A DNA stretch of 64,000 nucleotides, taken from assembly GCA_965228695.1 (NCBI GenBank), contig CBDDIB010000001.1, forward strand, positions 373,893 to 437,892, given 5' to 3'. The position numbers and the translations under genes were made by a program. The DNA comes from Alphaproteobacteria bacterium (GTDB lineage: Bacteria; Pseudomonadota; Alphaproteobacteria; UBA8366). Positions 28,975 through 39,278 of the stretch are shown piece after piece (within the stretch, counting starts at the first letter, position 1; every line of letters begins with the position of its first letter). The notes under the pieces are model-generated. The model did no database searches, was not told the origin of the DNA, and saw only the letters and a list, made by a program, of their open reading frames with translations.

Positions 28975-30135
28975 ATGCCGAAACTCACCAAACGTCTTGT
29001 CGATTCCCTGAAGCCGGAAGCGTCCGATGTTGTGCATTGGGACGATTCACTATCGGGCTTTGGGGTTCGAGTGCGCCCGACCGGCCGAAAGTCCTACATC
29101 GTCAAATGCCGCTGTCGTGGCCGTCAGATCAAAATGACGATCGGCACCCACGGCCCCATAACTGTTGAGCAAGCCCGGACCAAAGCGCGGGGCATCATTG
29201 CCGAGGCAAAGGCAGGCCAAGATCCGTCCGCTGAGCTTTCCCGGATGCGAAAATCGCCAACGATGAAAGATCTGGGTCAGCGGTTCCTAGACGAATATGT
29301 CCCTACCCATTGCCGGCCTTCCACTGAGCGCGAGTATCGTCGGTCGGTTGAGCTATTCATCAATCCGGAAATCGGGACACGGAAAGTCATCGACATCGAG
29401 CGTACCGACATCGCCAAACTGCATCATGGCTTGCGCGACAAGCCATACCAGGCCAATCGGACGCTCGGTGTGCTTTCGAAGATGTTCAACCTTTCAGAGG
29501 TTTGGGGCCTCCGCCCGGACGGGTCGAACCCTTGCCGGCACGTAAAGAAGTACAAGGAGGAAAAGCGCGAACGTTTTCTCTCCGACGAAGAGTACAAACG
29601 GCTTGGCGAGGCGCTGCGTAAAGCGGAGGTCGAGAGGACCGAGACTCAATCGGCAATCGATGCAATCTGGCTGCTCATGCTGACGGGCTGCCGGCTGAAC
29701 GAAATCATGACGTTGAAGTGGGCATATGTAGACGTCGAAACGAAAGAGTTGCGCCTTCCCGACTCCAAAACCGGAGCCAAAACCGTTCATCTCGGCACTG
29801 CGGCGATCAATCGGCTCAAAAAGGTCAAGAAGCTCGAGGACAACAAGTTCGTCATTACAGGGAAAAAATCTGGAGGACGCCTCACAGATCTTCAGCATCC
29901 CTGGAGACGCATTCGAAAAACGGCCGGCTTGAACGATGTGCGGCTCCACGACCTTCGGCATTCTTTCGCGAGCCATGGTCTTATCGTCGGCGAAGGACTG
30001 CCCATGATCGGAAAGTTGCTGGGGCATTCGCAAATCCAGACAACGGCCCGCTATGCCCATTTGGCGAATGATCCGATCAAGTCGGCCGCCGACCGTATCG
30101 CCGATGGGATCTCGATGTCAGCGGCAGCCTCGTGA
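28975..30135 (+). CDS. int: tyrosine recombinase/integrase with arm-binding domain
   Basis: WD..LSGFGVRV.PTG.KSY N-domain; TGCR, SKTG, HDLRH, LGHS, TARY catalytic residues. Confidence 0.95.
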   Translation: MPKLTKRLVDSLKPEASDVVHWDDSLSGFGVRVRPTGRKSYIVKCRCRGRQIKMTIGTHGPITVEQARTKARGIIAEAKAGQDPSAELSRMRKSPTMKDLGQRFLDEYVPTHCRPSTEREYRRSVELFINPEIGTRKVIDIERTDIAKLHHGLRDKPYQANRTLGVLSKMFNLSEVWGLRPDGSNPCRHVKKYKEEKRERFLSDEEYKRLGEALRKAEVERTETQSAIDAIWLLMLTGCRLNEIMTLKWAYVDVETKELRLPDSKTGAKTVHLGTAAINRLKKVKKLEDNKFVITGKKSGGRLTDLQHPWRRIRKTAGLNDVRLHDLRHSFASHGLIVGEGLPMIGKLLGHSQIQTTARYAHLANDPIKSAADRIADGISMSAAAS

Positions 30136-30307
30136 CTGTCCTCCAGTCCAGTGCCAAGGCAATCTGATGGCCAAACTGTAGAAATTTCGTCGAGGGCCAA
30201 TCCGGCAGAGTCCACCTGCTGATACCGCTGGGTGCGTGGGCTGGATTTGACTGGTCCAGACTCGCGGCGGTCGATGGATTGCTGCCAGTAAACAGCCCGC
30301 ATACCGC

Positions 30308-31357
30308 CTAAATGTCCTCCTGGACCACCCCGAACAGCCGATAGACGAGCACCCTGATCTCGTCGTCGCATGCCGAATACTCATCGACGACGCTGATGAC
30401 AAAATCCGCCTGCTCGCGGGAGTGCCGGGGCAACCGCATCGCTCTCTCAAGTTCTTCCGGCGTCAGATACCGCTCCAGATAGCCATAAGGATCGACACTG
30501 CGTTTCAGGAATTCAGTTAAAAATAAGCGCCAGTGCATGCGTGCGCTGCGTTGGCGATGGGCATCCCAGCACCGCCGATAGTCTGCGACTTCCGGCGGTG
30601 GAGCGGTTTCGGCCTCACGAAGCAACCAGTCGTAAAAGGTATGCACCCGCGGATAATAAGCCTGCACGACAAGCCGGACGTCGATCTTATCTGCACAGCT
30701 ATCGAGATAGCCGCGCGCCCGCACGTTCCAGCCCGGGTTTGCGGCTCTCAGTTCGTCGCGGCTAAATACGTAGTGCGAAGTTGCCGCCGGGCCGGAGTCG
30801 CGGATCAGCCAGTTGGCCTCCACCATCAGCAGATGGTGAAGCGCCGTGCGCAGTCCACAAACAAAATCATGAAGCCCATCGTCTCCGAAGGTGCTGGCGA
30901 TCTGCCCTTCTAGCTCGGGATGTACCCATCGTGCGCGCAGACGGCGGCAATGGTCCTGCAAGCTGTGCCCCAACTCTGAATAGGTGAAAATCTCCTTGCG
31001 AATACGGGCTTCGAGAATAGTCAGTTCGTCGCGGTGGGAGCGGTAGCCGAACTCGGGACGGCGGCTGAACGTGTCGAACGCATCAAGCGCAGCCGTCAGG
31101 TCAGCAAAGGCCTGATCGAAGAGCTGTAACGCCGTCCGGATGGAACGGATTTTATCCTCAAGGTCAAAGCCGGGGTGCGCACGCAGCACATCAAGGGCGT
31201 CAGTCACGAAAAGCGTGGCAACGGCATCCCGGACCTCGTCGGGAACGGGTATGGTCCCGGCAGCAAGCGCATCGCGCACGGCTTCCTTGTGCCGCCGCTT
31301 GCGCTCCTCCTCGCCTCCGAGAATTTCTCGCAGTTTATTCTGATCGTGCATGTTCAT
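30308..31357 (-). CDS. hypothetical protein with HEPN-like RxxxxH motif
   Basis: Long ORF, helical composition, LRTALHH motif; start uncertain. Confidence 0.6.
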   Translation of the reverse strand: MNMHDQNKLREILGGEEERKRRHKEAVRDALAAGTIPVPDEVRDAVATLFVTDALDVLRAHPGFDLEDKIRSIRTALQLFDQAFADLTAALDAFDTFSRRPEFGYRSHRDELTILEARIRKEIFTYSELGHSLQDHCRRLRARWVHPELEGQIASTFGDDGLHDFVCGLRTALHHLLMVEANWLIRDSGPAATSHYVFSRDELRAANPGWNVRARGYLDSCADKIDVRLVVQAYYPRVHTFYDWLLREAETAPPPEVADYRRCWDAHRQRSARMHWRLFLTEFLKRSVDPYGYLERYLTPEELERAMRLPRHSREQADFVISVVDEYSACDDEIRVLVYRLFGVVQEDI

Positions 31358-31439
31358 GATTCTTCGAACAATTGTACCAAGCGAATGGATTTGCCGCACG
31401 AAATCTGTCAGTGAAACAGTGCCATCCGCTAGCGGTGAC

Positions 31440-31478
31440 AAAAAGGGGCGGCGCGGGTTGGAAGGCCCGCGCGGCCGC
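31440..31478 (-). terminator. intrinsic terminator downstream of ParB-like gene
   Basis: Minus strand GCGCGGG-loop-CCCGCGC followed by CCCCTTTTT. Confidence 0.55.
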
Positions 31479-31491
31479 GCAGATGGCTATG

Positions 31492-31527
31492 GAAGCCGGG
31501 CCGTGCAGGACAGCACGGCCCGGCTTC
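31492..31527. repeat. perfect 15-bp inverted repeat
   Basis: GAAGCCGGGCCGTGC-AGGACA-GCACGGCCCGGCTTC just after the ParB stop. Confidence 0.85.
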
Positions 31528-31534
31528 GAGAGAG

Positions 31535-33131
31535 TTACGAGGCTTTCTCAAACAGCTTACCGGACGCCTTCCACTGCTCGATAGCGGGCAGCCCCTTGCG
31601 CTTGGTGTAGCCCTGCATCGGGAAACGCATGTAGCGCGGCAGCCAGCCCTCCACCTTCGTCCGGCCTTCGGTTCCGCCAAGGCAAGCCTTGATGATGTCC
31701 TTCTGCACCTTGGCCGTACCGACCACGTTAGCGGTTGCCGATCTTTTCCCGGCGACCTCGGCCAGCATGGCGTTGATCGCGGGCTTGTCGCGCAGCAGGT
31801 CGAAAAACACATCCTCCGGCTGCCACCACTGGCCCATATCCACCTTGAGGATATGGCCAAGGGCCTCGATCACGGCGGTGCCCGCGCTCAGGCTTTCGCC
31901 CATGACAAAGGCAAGGATGCGCATGATCTCCGTATCGCCAAGCTGCATTAGCCGGGCGAACACGGCGGTCAGTTCCGGGCCGCTGCCGAACGGGCTGTCA
32001 TTCAGCAAAAACGCGCTGTCGTCCTCTAGCTGTAAAAGCGTGGTGACCGCATCACGCTCCTTGGCGAACGCTCCCTGTGCCTTGCTGTCCCTGATGCTGG
32101 CGGCAATTGCCGCACTGCCGTTCGCCTTCTGCATTTCGGGGTCGACCTGCCACAGGCCGGACCCGGCGATCACATGGGCGACCATGAGGCGCAAGGCCAC
32201 CTGCGGGACTTTGAGCAATTCGGTACGGACGGCGTTGTGGCGGTGCAGGTCGCAATAACGAATCGCGGCCTTGGTCAGTTCCGGCTTGGGATCGGCTTTG
32301 AGTTCGCCGCTGGCCTTCGCCGCCGCCCGGTCGAGGCGCTTGGCCTCCTTTTCTTCAATCCAGCCTTCGTGGAACTCGACCTCGCCGCTGCTGCGGCATT
32401 GGATATAGACCTTGCCGCCGTCCTTCTTGCCGCGCTTGACCTTGTCGTAGCGGCCAAAGTAGTCGGCATTCTCCAGAATGAGCACATCGGCCCAGCCGCT
32501 TTCGAGATAGCGCTGCTGGCGCTCGATCACCGCTTCCATTTGCAGCTTCCAGAACGCCCCGGCATCGTCAAAGAACTGCTCTTCGCCGAACAGGTCGCCG
32601 AAGATGGACGCCCGCGCCACCGAACAGCCACGCCTTGAGCGCCCTACCTGTCGGGGCGCGATCCTTGGGATCGCGGAAGCGCTTGAACCAAGCCCTCTGC
32701 TGGCTCTTGCCCGCCATCGTCAGGGTGCGCATGGTTTCGGCGCTGATGTCGCCGCTGCGGTAGGCATTCAGGATCGGCGGGTGAAGATTGGCAATAGCCA
32801 GCCGCTGCCCGACCAGCCGTTCCGTCACCCCGAAATGCGCGGCAATGTCGGCGATGCTACGCCCCTGATTTTTCAGGGCGGCAAAGGCTCTGTACTGGTC
32901 AACCTCGTCCATCGGCAAGCGGGCGATGTTCTCGGCAAGCGATGCCTCGATGGCTTTGGCATCGTCACCGTCCTCAAGCACAATGCAGGGCAGCGGATCG
33001 AAGCCGCCGTCTTCATCGGCAATGACCTGACAGGCTTTGCGGCGGCGCTGCCCGGCGACAACTTCAAAGCCTTCGCAGTTCGGGCGCACCAGCAATGACT
33101 GGATCACGCCGAGGCTACCTCTTCGCGCCAT
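31535..33131 (-). pseudogene. ICE ParB/RepB/Spo0J-like gene, frameshifted and 5'-truncated
   Basis: ParB motifs (VVAGQRR, ASLAEN..R) in 32568-33131 continue in another frame (GDLFGEE..) in 31535-32620; junction near 32605-32615. Confidence 0.8.
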
Positions 33132-33298
33132 AGCCTGCCTCCTTGCCGTGAATGCGGTGAAACCGCGTCAGACAGGAGATAAGGACGGCGACTCCGGGCG
33201 ATCCTCGCGCTTTCCTCGCGCTATCCCGTGCGCTGGTTCGAGCCCGACCGCCGGAACCCGGTCTGATGGCACGCAGCGGGACTAACCCGCTGGCCTTC

Positions 33299-33751
33299 CT
33301 AGCTGTGATATGCCTCGTTCACCGGCTCGGAAGCCGCCAGGCAGGCGTTCAGGATCGTAAGGGAATGCCTCAACAGCTCAGCGCTTCTTTCGGGTGCGAA
33401 CCAGCGACCGTTGAACTTGCCGCCATGAAAAAGGTTGTTTCTAACCCGGCGCACATAGAGCAGGACACGGTCAGATTGAAGATCGGTTTGGGGAGGAGCC
33501 GCATCCCAACTTAACACGCCGTCTTCGACCATCTGCTTGTTCGGTGGGTGTTCAAGCATATAGGCAACGGCTTCCTTGAGCGCTTCGTCTTGCGGCTCAT
33601 CAAAGATCGCGGCAACGGATACGGCGAAGCCGCGCCAGTTTGGGTCGGCGGGACCGTCACCGTTGTGAAATCCGGCGGCCTTCAGCGCATATTCAAAACG
33701 GGCGAATGTCCTGAATAAATTCGTAGCCAGCATGTTAAGTTCATGTTCCAT
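33299..33751 (-). CDS. small HEPN-like protein
   Basis: RRVRNNLFHGGK (RxxxxH) and F.RFEYALK; starts 3 bp after the Argonaute stop. Confidence 0.7.
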   Translation of the reverse strand: MEHELNMLATNLFRTFARFEYALKAAGFHNGDGPADPNWRGFAVSVAAIFDEPQDEALKEAVAYMLEHPPNKQMVEDGVLSWDAAPPQTDLQSDRVLLYVRRVRNNLFHGGKFNGRWFAPERSAELLRHSLTILNACLAASEPVNEAYHS

Positions 33752-33754
33752 CCG

Positions 33755-35212
33755 CTAAATGTATCTCGTGTAGTCGGTGCTTATAGCCTGGCCTTCTTCT
33801 AAATATTTCAGGACTTCGCCGACCTTACGCGCCGCCCGGATCGGGATCGGCAGCCGCTGATTCATCTGTGTCGAGTTCCAGTTGATCTTGGTCAGCGAAA
33901 AAACCTCATCGGCAATCTGCGATATCGTGCTGTCGCAGCTTTCATGGGGGCAGAGCAGCAGAGGTCGCGGATCGTATTGGCCCGGATAGGTGCCGTAATA
34001 AGGAATGCTGCCGTTTGTGTAGAGCAGGCCCTTGCCGGCAAGATTTACGAACGTGCCGCGAAGCACCGGATAGTTGCCGTCACGCAAAATTTTCACCGCG
34101 TACGATTCCTGGACCCAGACCAGGTCCCGGAGTTCGGTACCGGCCTCATTAAGCGCCTTCAAAGTGCCTTCCGCCTCATCGCTCCGGAAGCGCGAGGTCT
34201 TCAGGACAATCACGCGCGCAGGGAAATGTTTATGGTGGTTCTTGTAAGCCGAGAGCACCTGAGAGGTCAGCTCATAAGCATCGTTGAAGGTCATATAAGG
34301 GTGCCGGCCGCGGCTTTCGGTCTGGGCGCGCTTGCCTTTCAGAATAAAACCGCGGCCGCGCTCATCGAACATTTGCGCCGCGCTCGTAAAGAGCTGCTGG
34401 CCGCCGGCTTCCCGGTAAAAGCTGATTCCAACGTAGCAAGCCGCGTATTCGCCCTCGCGCGGCATCCGGCGCCACGGAATGCGGCCGCTACCCTTGTAGT
34501 AGAGCGTCGTCATCAGGTTCCAGGTTCTGTCAGCCTGATCCTGTATGTCGCGGTCGCGACTTTCCTTGATCTTTCGAGGGATCGATGCCTTCTCATCGAG
34601 AACATCTTCCCAGACGATCTGGATTGGAAAACTCAGGCCCATGGTTCTGGCCTTGAGCATGCCCCGGAAATTCGGGGCATCCGAACCGCTGCTGTCTTCT
34701 TTCTCGGTCGTGCTCTTTGAATCGACCTTGGCGTTCCAGACACGCTCGATCAAAGCGACGGGAAGCGCGACGATCGCCACGTCCGGCCTGTGGCTGCTGT
34801 CATCGAGAGTCTGCAATTCGGAGACGATCTCCGCGACGGCCATCTCCACCGCCTTGTAGTGGTCGGGTTCCTTCCTGATCTTCTCGATCTTGCTTTGAGG
34901 CAGGGCCGCCGTCGCGCCGTCCTCTATCTCAAACCGGCAACGGAAGGGGTTGTTATTGCCAAGCCCCGGAAAGTCCGGGTGCAGGTTCGGGTGCTTCTCG
35001 GTTTTGCCCTTGAATCCCGTCGCGGCATCGGCCAGGAATTTTTGTGTATCTTCGACTGTCTTGGCGCTACCGACGACAGCAAGCCGGATCATTTCTCCCA
35101 GTGGCGGCTGCAGCGGTCCGGCTTCGACAAGCCCCAGACGCGGGTCCGGGTGGTGATGCTGGTCACCAAACTCCAGTTCCGGCTCTTCGAATATCTTGCT
35201 TTCGAAATCCAT
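33755..35212 (-). CDS. short prokaryotic Argonaute (MID-PIWI, catalytically inactive)
   Basis: EPELEFG, LYYK..PW, YVGISFY (Asp replaced), [17 protein letters not shown]; 485 aa, no PAZ. Confidence 0.92.
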   Translation of the reverse strand: MDFESKIFEEPELEFGDQHHHPDPRLGLVEAGPLQPPLGEMIRLAVVGSAKTVEDTQKFLADAATGFKGKTEKHPNLHPDFPGLGNNNPFRCRFEIEDGATAALPQSKIEKIRKEPDHYKAVEMAVAEIVSELQTLDDSSHRPDVAIVALPVALIERVWNAKVDSKSTTEKEDSSGSDAPNFRGMLKARTMGLSFPIQIVWEDVLDEKASIPRKIKESRDRDIQDQADRTWNLMTTLYYKGSGRIPWRRMPREGEYAACYVGISFYREAGGQQLFTSAAQMFDERGRGFILKGKRAQTESRGRHPYMTFNDAYELTSQVLSAYKNHHKHFPARVIVLKTSRFRSDEAEGTLKALNEAGTELRDLVWVQESYAVKILRDGNYPVLRGTFVNLAGKGLLYTNGSIPYYGTYPGQYDPRPLLLCPHESCDSTISQIADEVFSLTKINWNSTQMNQRLPIPIRAARKVGEVLKYLEEGQAISTDYTRYI

Positions 35213-36534
35213 TAGACAGCGAGCCTTTGCTGGTCATCGGGCTCTTCGGCCTTTTTCTTCGGCGTGCCCCAGACATCTTCGGGCACCCGCGTTTCGAGGG
35301 AGACCTGTGGTGGTTCACCGAACCGTAGACAGGGCTCGGTCCCGGCGTCTTGCTCAAAGAGATCGCCTTTGGCGCGATCCGACTGCGTGAGAAAGCGGTG
35401 CCACATGATGACCTGCCCGCGCAGCGAGGCGCTGTTGTCCATCCGTTTTTTCCCGGACAGCAGCGCATGCGGATAGGAATGCGGCGTAAATCCGTTGGTG
35501 GTGAAGAAATAGGTCGGCGTGATCACCAGGAACCACTGATCGTCCAGCAGCTCGAACCGGGGAACGAACGCGTGGTGACGCACAAAGTCCACGCGCCCCT
35601 CTTCCTTCTTGCTGGTGATGACGTTGACCACGTCGGCGCTGGTCTTTTTCTTCGACGCTTCATAGGGGAATGTGCGCGTTTCATTGGCCCGAAGCGCCCT
35701 GAAATAAAACAGCTTGTTGTCCTTGTGCCAGCCCAGGTCTTCCCAGACCTGGTGCTTGAGTGCGTTTTTCAGCAGGAACGCGAAGTGGTTTTGTTCATCG
35801 AGGTCTTCGTGAAACGCGAGATAGCTCGTCTCGATGGCTTCGACCTGATCAAGATCGACAATATCGCGGCACGGTGATGTCCGCGGATCATGGAATGACC
35901 AGAACGATCCGCCGCGTATAACCCAGTCGAAGCGCGCGGGCTCATCGCCGTCAAGCAGGATCGCGGCGGCCTTCTTGCCGGTATGGGGTGTTGAGGCAAC
36001 GTAGATTTCCGGGGGCAACGTGATAGGCAGAATATTGACGAGCGCTTCCTCGCCGCCGCCAAGCGGCGGAACGTAGTAGCCAAAACCAGCCTTAGGAACT
36101 GTAAGGGCTGCGAGGCGGTCCACAGCATTACTGTCGAGAATGTCGCGTTCCTTGCTGAATCGAAGCCGGCGCTCGCCCTCTGTGAAACCGTTCGGCACCT
36201 CCTGCCAGTAAAAGGTTTCATCCGAGCGCCGGTAAAGGACGATAATCACGGGCAGGTTCGAACCGCGCCAGTAATCCAGGTCTTTATTTCTTAGAAGATA
36301 ACTGAAGCCCTGGTCATCTTCCGATGTATATATGCCCGACTCTGTTGCCTTCACCTGGACAGCAATCATCCGCGCTAGCGGCCGGCCATCATCCATCACC
36401 TCGGCAATACCGTCGATGCCGGCCTCGAGTCGTGAGCGGCCGTCAAACTGAAAGCCGATATTGAGAAACCGCAAGCGCGCTGCCGCCTCGCCGATTTCCC
36501 CGAGCATCTGGCTGGATGTAAGAATCTTCGACAT
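35212..36534 (-). CDS. DUF4365 (DREN) PD-(D/E)xK nuclease fused to APAZ domain
   Basis: GE.GE, GIDG, QVKAT nuclease motifs; C-terminal [20 protein letters not shown] motifs; TAATG overlap with Ago. Confidence 0.85.
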   Translation of the reverse strand: MSKILTSSQMLGEIGEAAARLRFLNIGFQFDGRSRLEAGIDGIAEVMDDGRPLARMIAVQVKATESGIYTSEDDQGFSYLLRNKDLDYWRGSNLPVIIVLYRRSDETFYWQEVPNGFTEGERRLRFSKERDILDSNAVDRLAALTVPKAGFGYYVPPLGGGEEALVNILPITLPPEIYVASTPHTGKKAAAILLDGDEPARFDWVIRGGSFWSFHDPRTSPCRDIVDLDQVEAIETSYLAFHEDLDEQNHFAFLLKNALKHQVWEDLGWHKDNKLFYFRALRANETRTFPYEASKKKTSADVVNVITSKKEEGRVDFVRHHAFVPRFELLDDQWFLVITPTYFFTTNGFTPHSYPHALLSGKKRMDNSASLRGQVIMWHRFLTQSDRAKGDLFEQDAGTEPCLRFGEPPQVSLETRVPEDVWGTPKKKAEEPDDQQRLAV

Positions 36535-36771
36535 ATCTCCATCATAGAACAATCTAAGAACATTTGGTATCAGATTGTGCCTGCTACATGCCATGGTTGT
36601 GGGCAACTTACGACCTCGGCATGAGGTATGATCGCTGCACCGGGGTCGGGAGCCGCGTCTTCGCTATAAGGAAGCGAGAGAGAGTCCGGCCTGCTGGGGT
36701 TCCACCGGACATACCCGAAAAAACAAGAAGAACAGACAGCCTTCAACCAGCATCCTGCCTTTGACCCGCGT

Positions 36772-37893
36772 TCAGCGCGAACCCGTATCGGTGCGCCATC
36801 GGGAGTCGAGCGGTCCCCAAAGAATTTGATGAGGGTCGCGCCGCGCGGCCTCGATCTCTTTTGCGGTGACGGCATAGCGCAGGAAATTGCCCTCGTGGTC
36901 CTCAAGGCAGGTAAAAATTCCTCCGCTCTCATGCAGGATTTTCCTGGGATCGGCGTAGGTGCCGCGTCCGATCATCGTGGCAAGCCGTTCGGGATCGTGG
37001 TGCTCGTACAGGAATGGGTCGAAAGCGCGCGGCGTCTGCGTCTGCGCGATAACGGCGCCCAAGGGCTTGTTCCAGTAATACTGGACGCGCAGCGCATCTT
37101 CGTGAAGGACGGTGTGGTCGTAAAATATCCGCGCCACCAGCTCACCGAACTGGATGGGATGCAGCTTTTCGCAAATGATGTGCTGGAATCTATGAAGCCG
37201 GAACTGCCGATGGACGCCGCCGTCAAAGGCGCAAATAAGGCCGAGGTTGCCTGTCCGCAGCGCAGCTCCCAGCGTAATCAGATTGTCGAAGAAATCGAAC
37301 GCTTCGAACCTCGTGTCGCGCGTGTCGATCTCGACAATATAAAGCGAATAAGGCGGCCCGTAGAAGAATTCCGGGAACGGCGGATCGCCTAGATAGCATG
37401 AATGCATGTCTTTGCGCATCGCATAGGCGCGTTCGATCATGCCGAGATAGGCGATGCCCGGCATAAAGTCTTTCGGAACAACACTGTCCGGGACAGGATC
37501 ATCGCGCGTCCGGTGATCGTGGGAAGCGTGACCCTTTCGGCACAACAGCCAGAAGATTTTGCCGAGCCAGAGCGCAAGAAGTTCAGGATCAAGCTCCTGC
37601 ACAGCGGCAAAGGCATCGCCGGAACGCACGCGGCGCGAAATCTCCGATTCCAGGCGGCCAAAACGATGATGATTGCATTTCTCGCAAATATCGACCCTGA
37701 CGCTCTTGTAAGTCCTGCCGGCAAAGTTGGGGAGCGTCAGCCGCGCCGTTTCCAGCTTGTGATGTTTTTGCAGCCAGCGCGGAAAGATATGCTCCTGCGT
37801 CTTGGAAACCCTGCCGAACTTGCGCCCGCACAGCGGGCAGTGGGTTGCAATATCCCGCAGGGCCAAAACATCGCTTATCATCCGCAGGGACAT
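36772..37893 (-). CDS. HNH-like (treble-clef) nuclease domain protein
   Basis: CPLC..EHIFP.W..CEKCN N-terminal signature; 2-bp gap to upstream gene. Confidence 0.65.
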   Translation of the reverse strand: MSLRMISDVLALRDIATHCPLCGRKFGRVSKTQEHIFPRWLQKHHKLETARLTLPNFAGRTYKSVRVDICEKCNHHRFGRLESEISRRVRSGDAFAAVQELDPELLALWLGKIFWLLCRKGHASHDHRTRDDPVPDSVVPKDFMPGIAYLGMIERAYAMRKDMHSCYLGDPPFPEFFYGPPYSLYIVEIDTRDTRFEAFDFFDNLITLGAALRTGNLGLICAFDGGVHRQFRLHRFQHIICEKLHPIQFGELVARIFYDHTVLHEDALRVQYYWNKPLGAVIAQTQTPRAFDPFLYEHHDPERLATMIGRGTYADPRKILHESGGIFTCLEDHEGNFLRYAVTAKEIEAARRDPHQILWGPLDSRWRTDTGSR

Positions 37894-37895
37894 GA

Positions 37896-39278
37896 TCAGT
37901 CAGGCATCCCGTCAGTGGGGTCGAAATCGGATTCCCCGCCGCTGATGCCGGCAAACACGTCATCGTCTTCCCTGTATGACTGAATCGCGGCGACAACCGC
38001 CCTGTTGCTCTTAACGATCGCTTCAACCAGCTCTTTGAGATAAGCCGTCGTTTCAGCGGTGGCACCTATATAGCCGGCACGGATCAGGTCGAGAAAAGGC
38101 CCTTGCCGCAAGTAGCGGCCGGCCAGACTCTCAAAACTCACGCGGACCGCACCGCGCGGCCCTTTACATGACGGATCAGCCCGCTGCCGCTCAAAATGAT
38201 CTATCGGCATAACGATCCCGGCATTGCCGAGTGCGCCGCCACGCTTGACGAACTTGATATAGAAAACCTGCGAATTGAGACGGTACTCGTACGGACCAGG
38301 CGGATGTTGTTTTGCGAACTTGCGCATCCGTTTGATCTCGGAGTCGAGGTTGGCATCCGGGCGATAAACCCAGTCAGTATCCCGGTCCTTGCGCTTGTGA
38401 GGTTCAAGCATTTTGTACTGGACCATCACAATGTTCTGGCGCGTCGCATTGACATAGATGAGATCGACGCCGAAGACCTTTTCAAGCGGGCGGCGGTTGG
38501 CGGTGAAGACTTCAAGCCGTTCACGCCCCTTCTCGAACACGGCCCGGCCTGTGATGTCGCTGCCGGTCAATTCGTAGTCAGGGAATGTGCGGGCGTCGTG
38601 CTCGACGACGGAATCTTCCATGATGTTGACGCGGGCGAGCGCTGTGTCCTGGTTCCTGGCGAGTTCAAGCGAGACAGCCTGATCGCCGGGCGACAGGCCG
38701 AATGCGCGCAAGGCCGTGTGCACCGCATCTTCTTGGAAGGCATCCATGCTACGGAAATATTTGGGGGCTGAAAGCGACGCGACGGCCGCGCGCATAGCAC
38801 CGCGATTTGACTCGATGGCGGCGAGCTTCTCGACCAGATGAGCGCTGAGCTTTGGCGATAAAGCGATAACGGATTCGCGAGAATCCAGCCTATCACGAAG
38901 ATTGCGCGTATGGGCGTTGTCGGTGACAAGCTTGATAATTTCAGATTTTGACGACGGCTGGATATGCTGGGCGCGCTTGACCTTGATCCGCGATTCCAGC
39001 GTTGTGATGGCGCTGCGCGAACTGGCCAGCCCGAAATAAACTTCACTGCCGTCGTCGCCCTTGCCGATGACGAGGCAGGCAGTCGGTACGCGAACCTTCT
39101 CGAACAGCTCGTGCGACCGTGCGATTGTGAACTCGTTGGCGCCGCGTCGTGACTCACGCAGGCGCGACCATTCCTCACTGTCAAACTGAAACACCACGAG
39201 GGGCTTCTTCTGCACGAGTCGTTTCAGGTTTTCGAGCCACTCATCTGACTTCTTTTTTCTCTTCTTCGTTTGTTTCAT
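37896..39278 (-). CDS. putative PD-(D/E)xK nuclease
   Basis: ED..EHD, LE..GVDLIY, VMVQYK restriction-like motifs; abuts helicase stop. Confidence 0.65.
   Translation of the reverse strand: MKQTKKRKKKSDEWLENLKRLVQKKPLVVFQFDSEEWSRLRESRRGANEFTIARSHELFEKVRVPTACLVIGKGDDGSEVYFGLASSRSAITTLESRIKVKRAQHIQPSSKSEIIKLVTDNAHTRNLRDRLDSRESVIALSPKLSAHLVEKLAAIESNRGAMRAAVASLSAPKYFRSMDAFQEDAVHTALRAFGLSPGDQAVSLELARNQDTALARVNIMEDSVVEHDARTFPDYELTGSDITGRAVFEKGRERLEVFTANRRPLEKVFGVDLIYVNATRQNIVMVQYKMLEPHKRKDRDTDWVYRPDANLDSEIKRMRKFAKQHPPGPYEYRLNSQVFYIKFVKRGGALGNAGIVMPIDHFERQRADPSCKGPRGAVRVSFESLAGRYLRQGPFLDLIRAGYIGATAETTAYLKELVEAIVKSNRAVVAAIQSYREDDDVFAGISGGESDFDPTDGMPD

Noticed and set aside
28683-28991. 102-aa minus-strand ORF
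   Set aside because: Translation of the att/tRNA fragment and terminator (SHNLKVVGSNPTPAT is tRNA sequence)
33755-35212. Catalytically active long Argonaute
   Set aside because: 485 aa, no N/PAZ region, catalytic Asp positions replaced (GISF, LKTS)
36540-36770. Structured RNA or guide locus upstream of SPARDA
   Set aside because: Only a short GTCCGG..CCGGAC inverted repeat and a GA run; no array or convincing structure by eye
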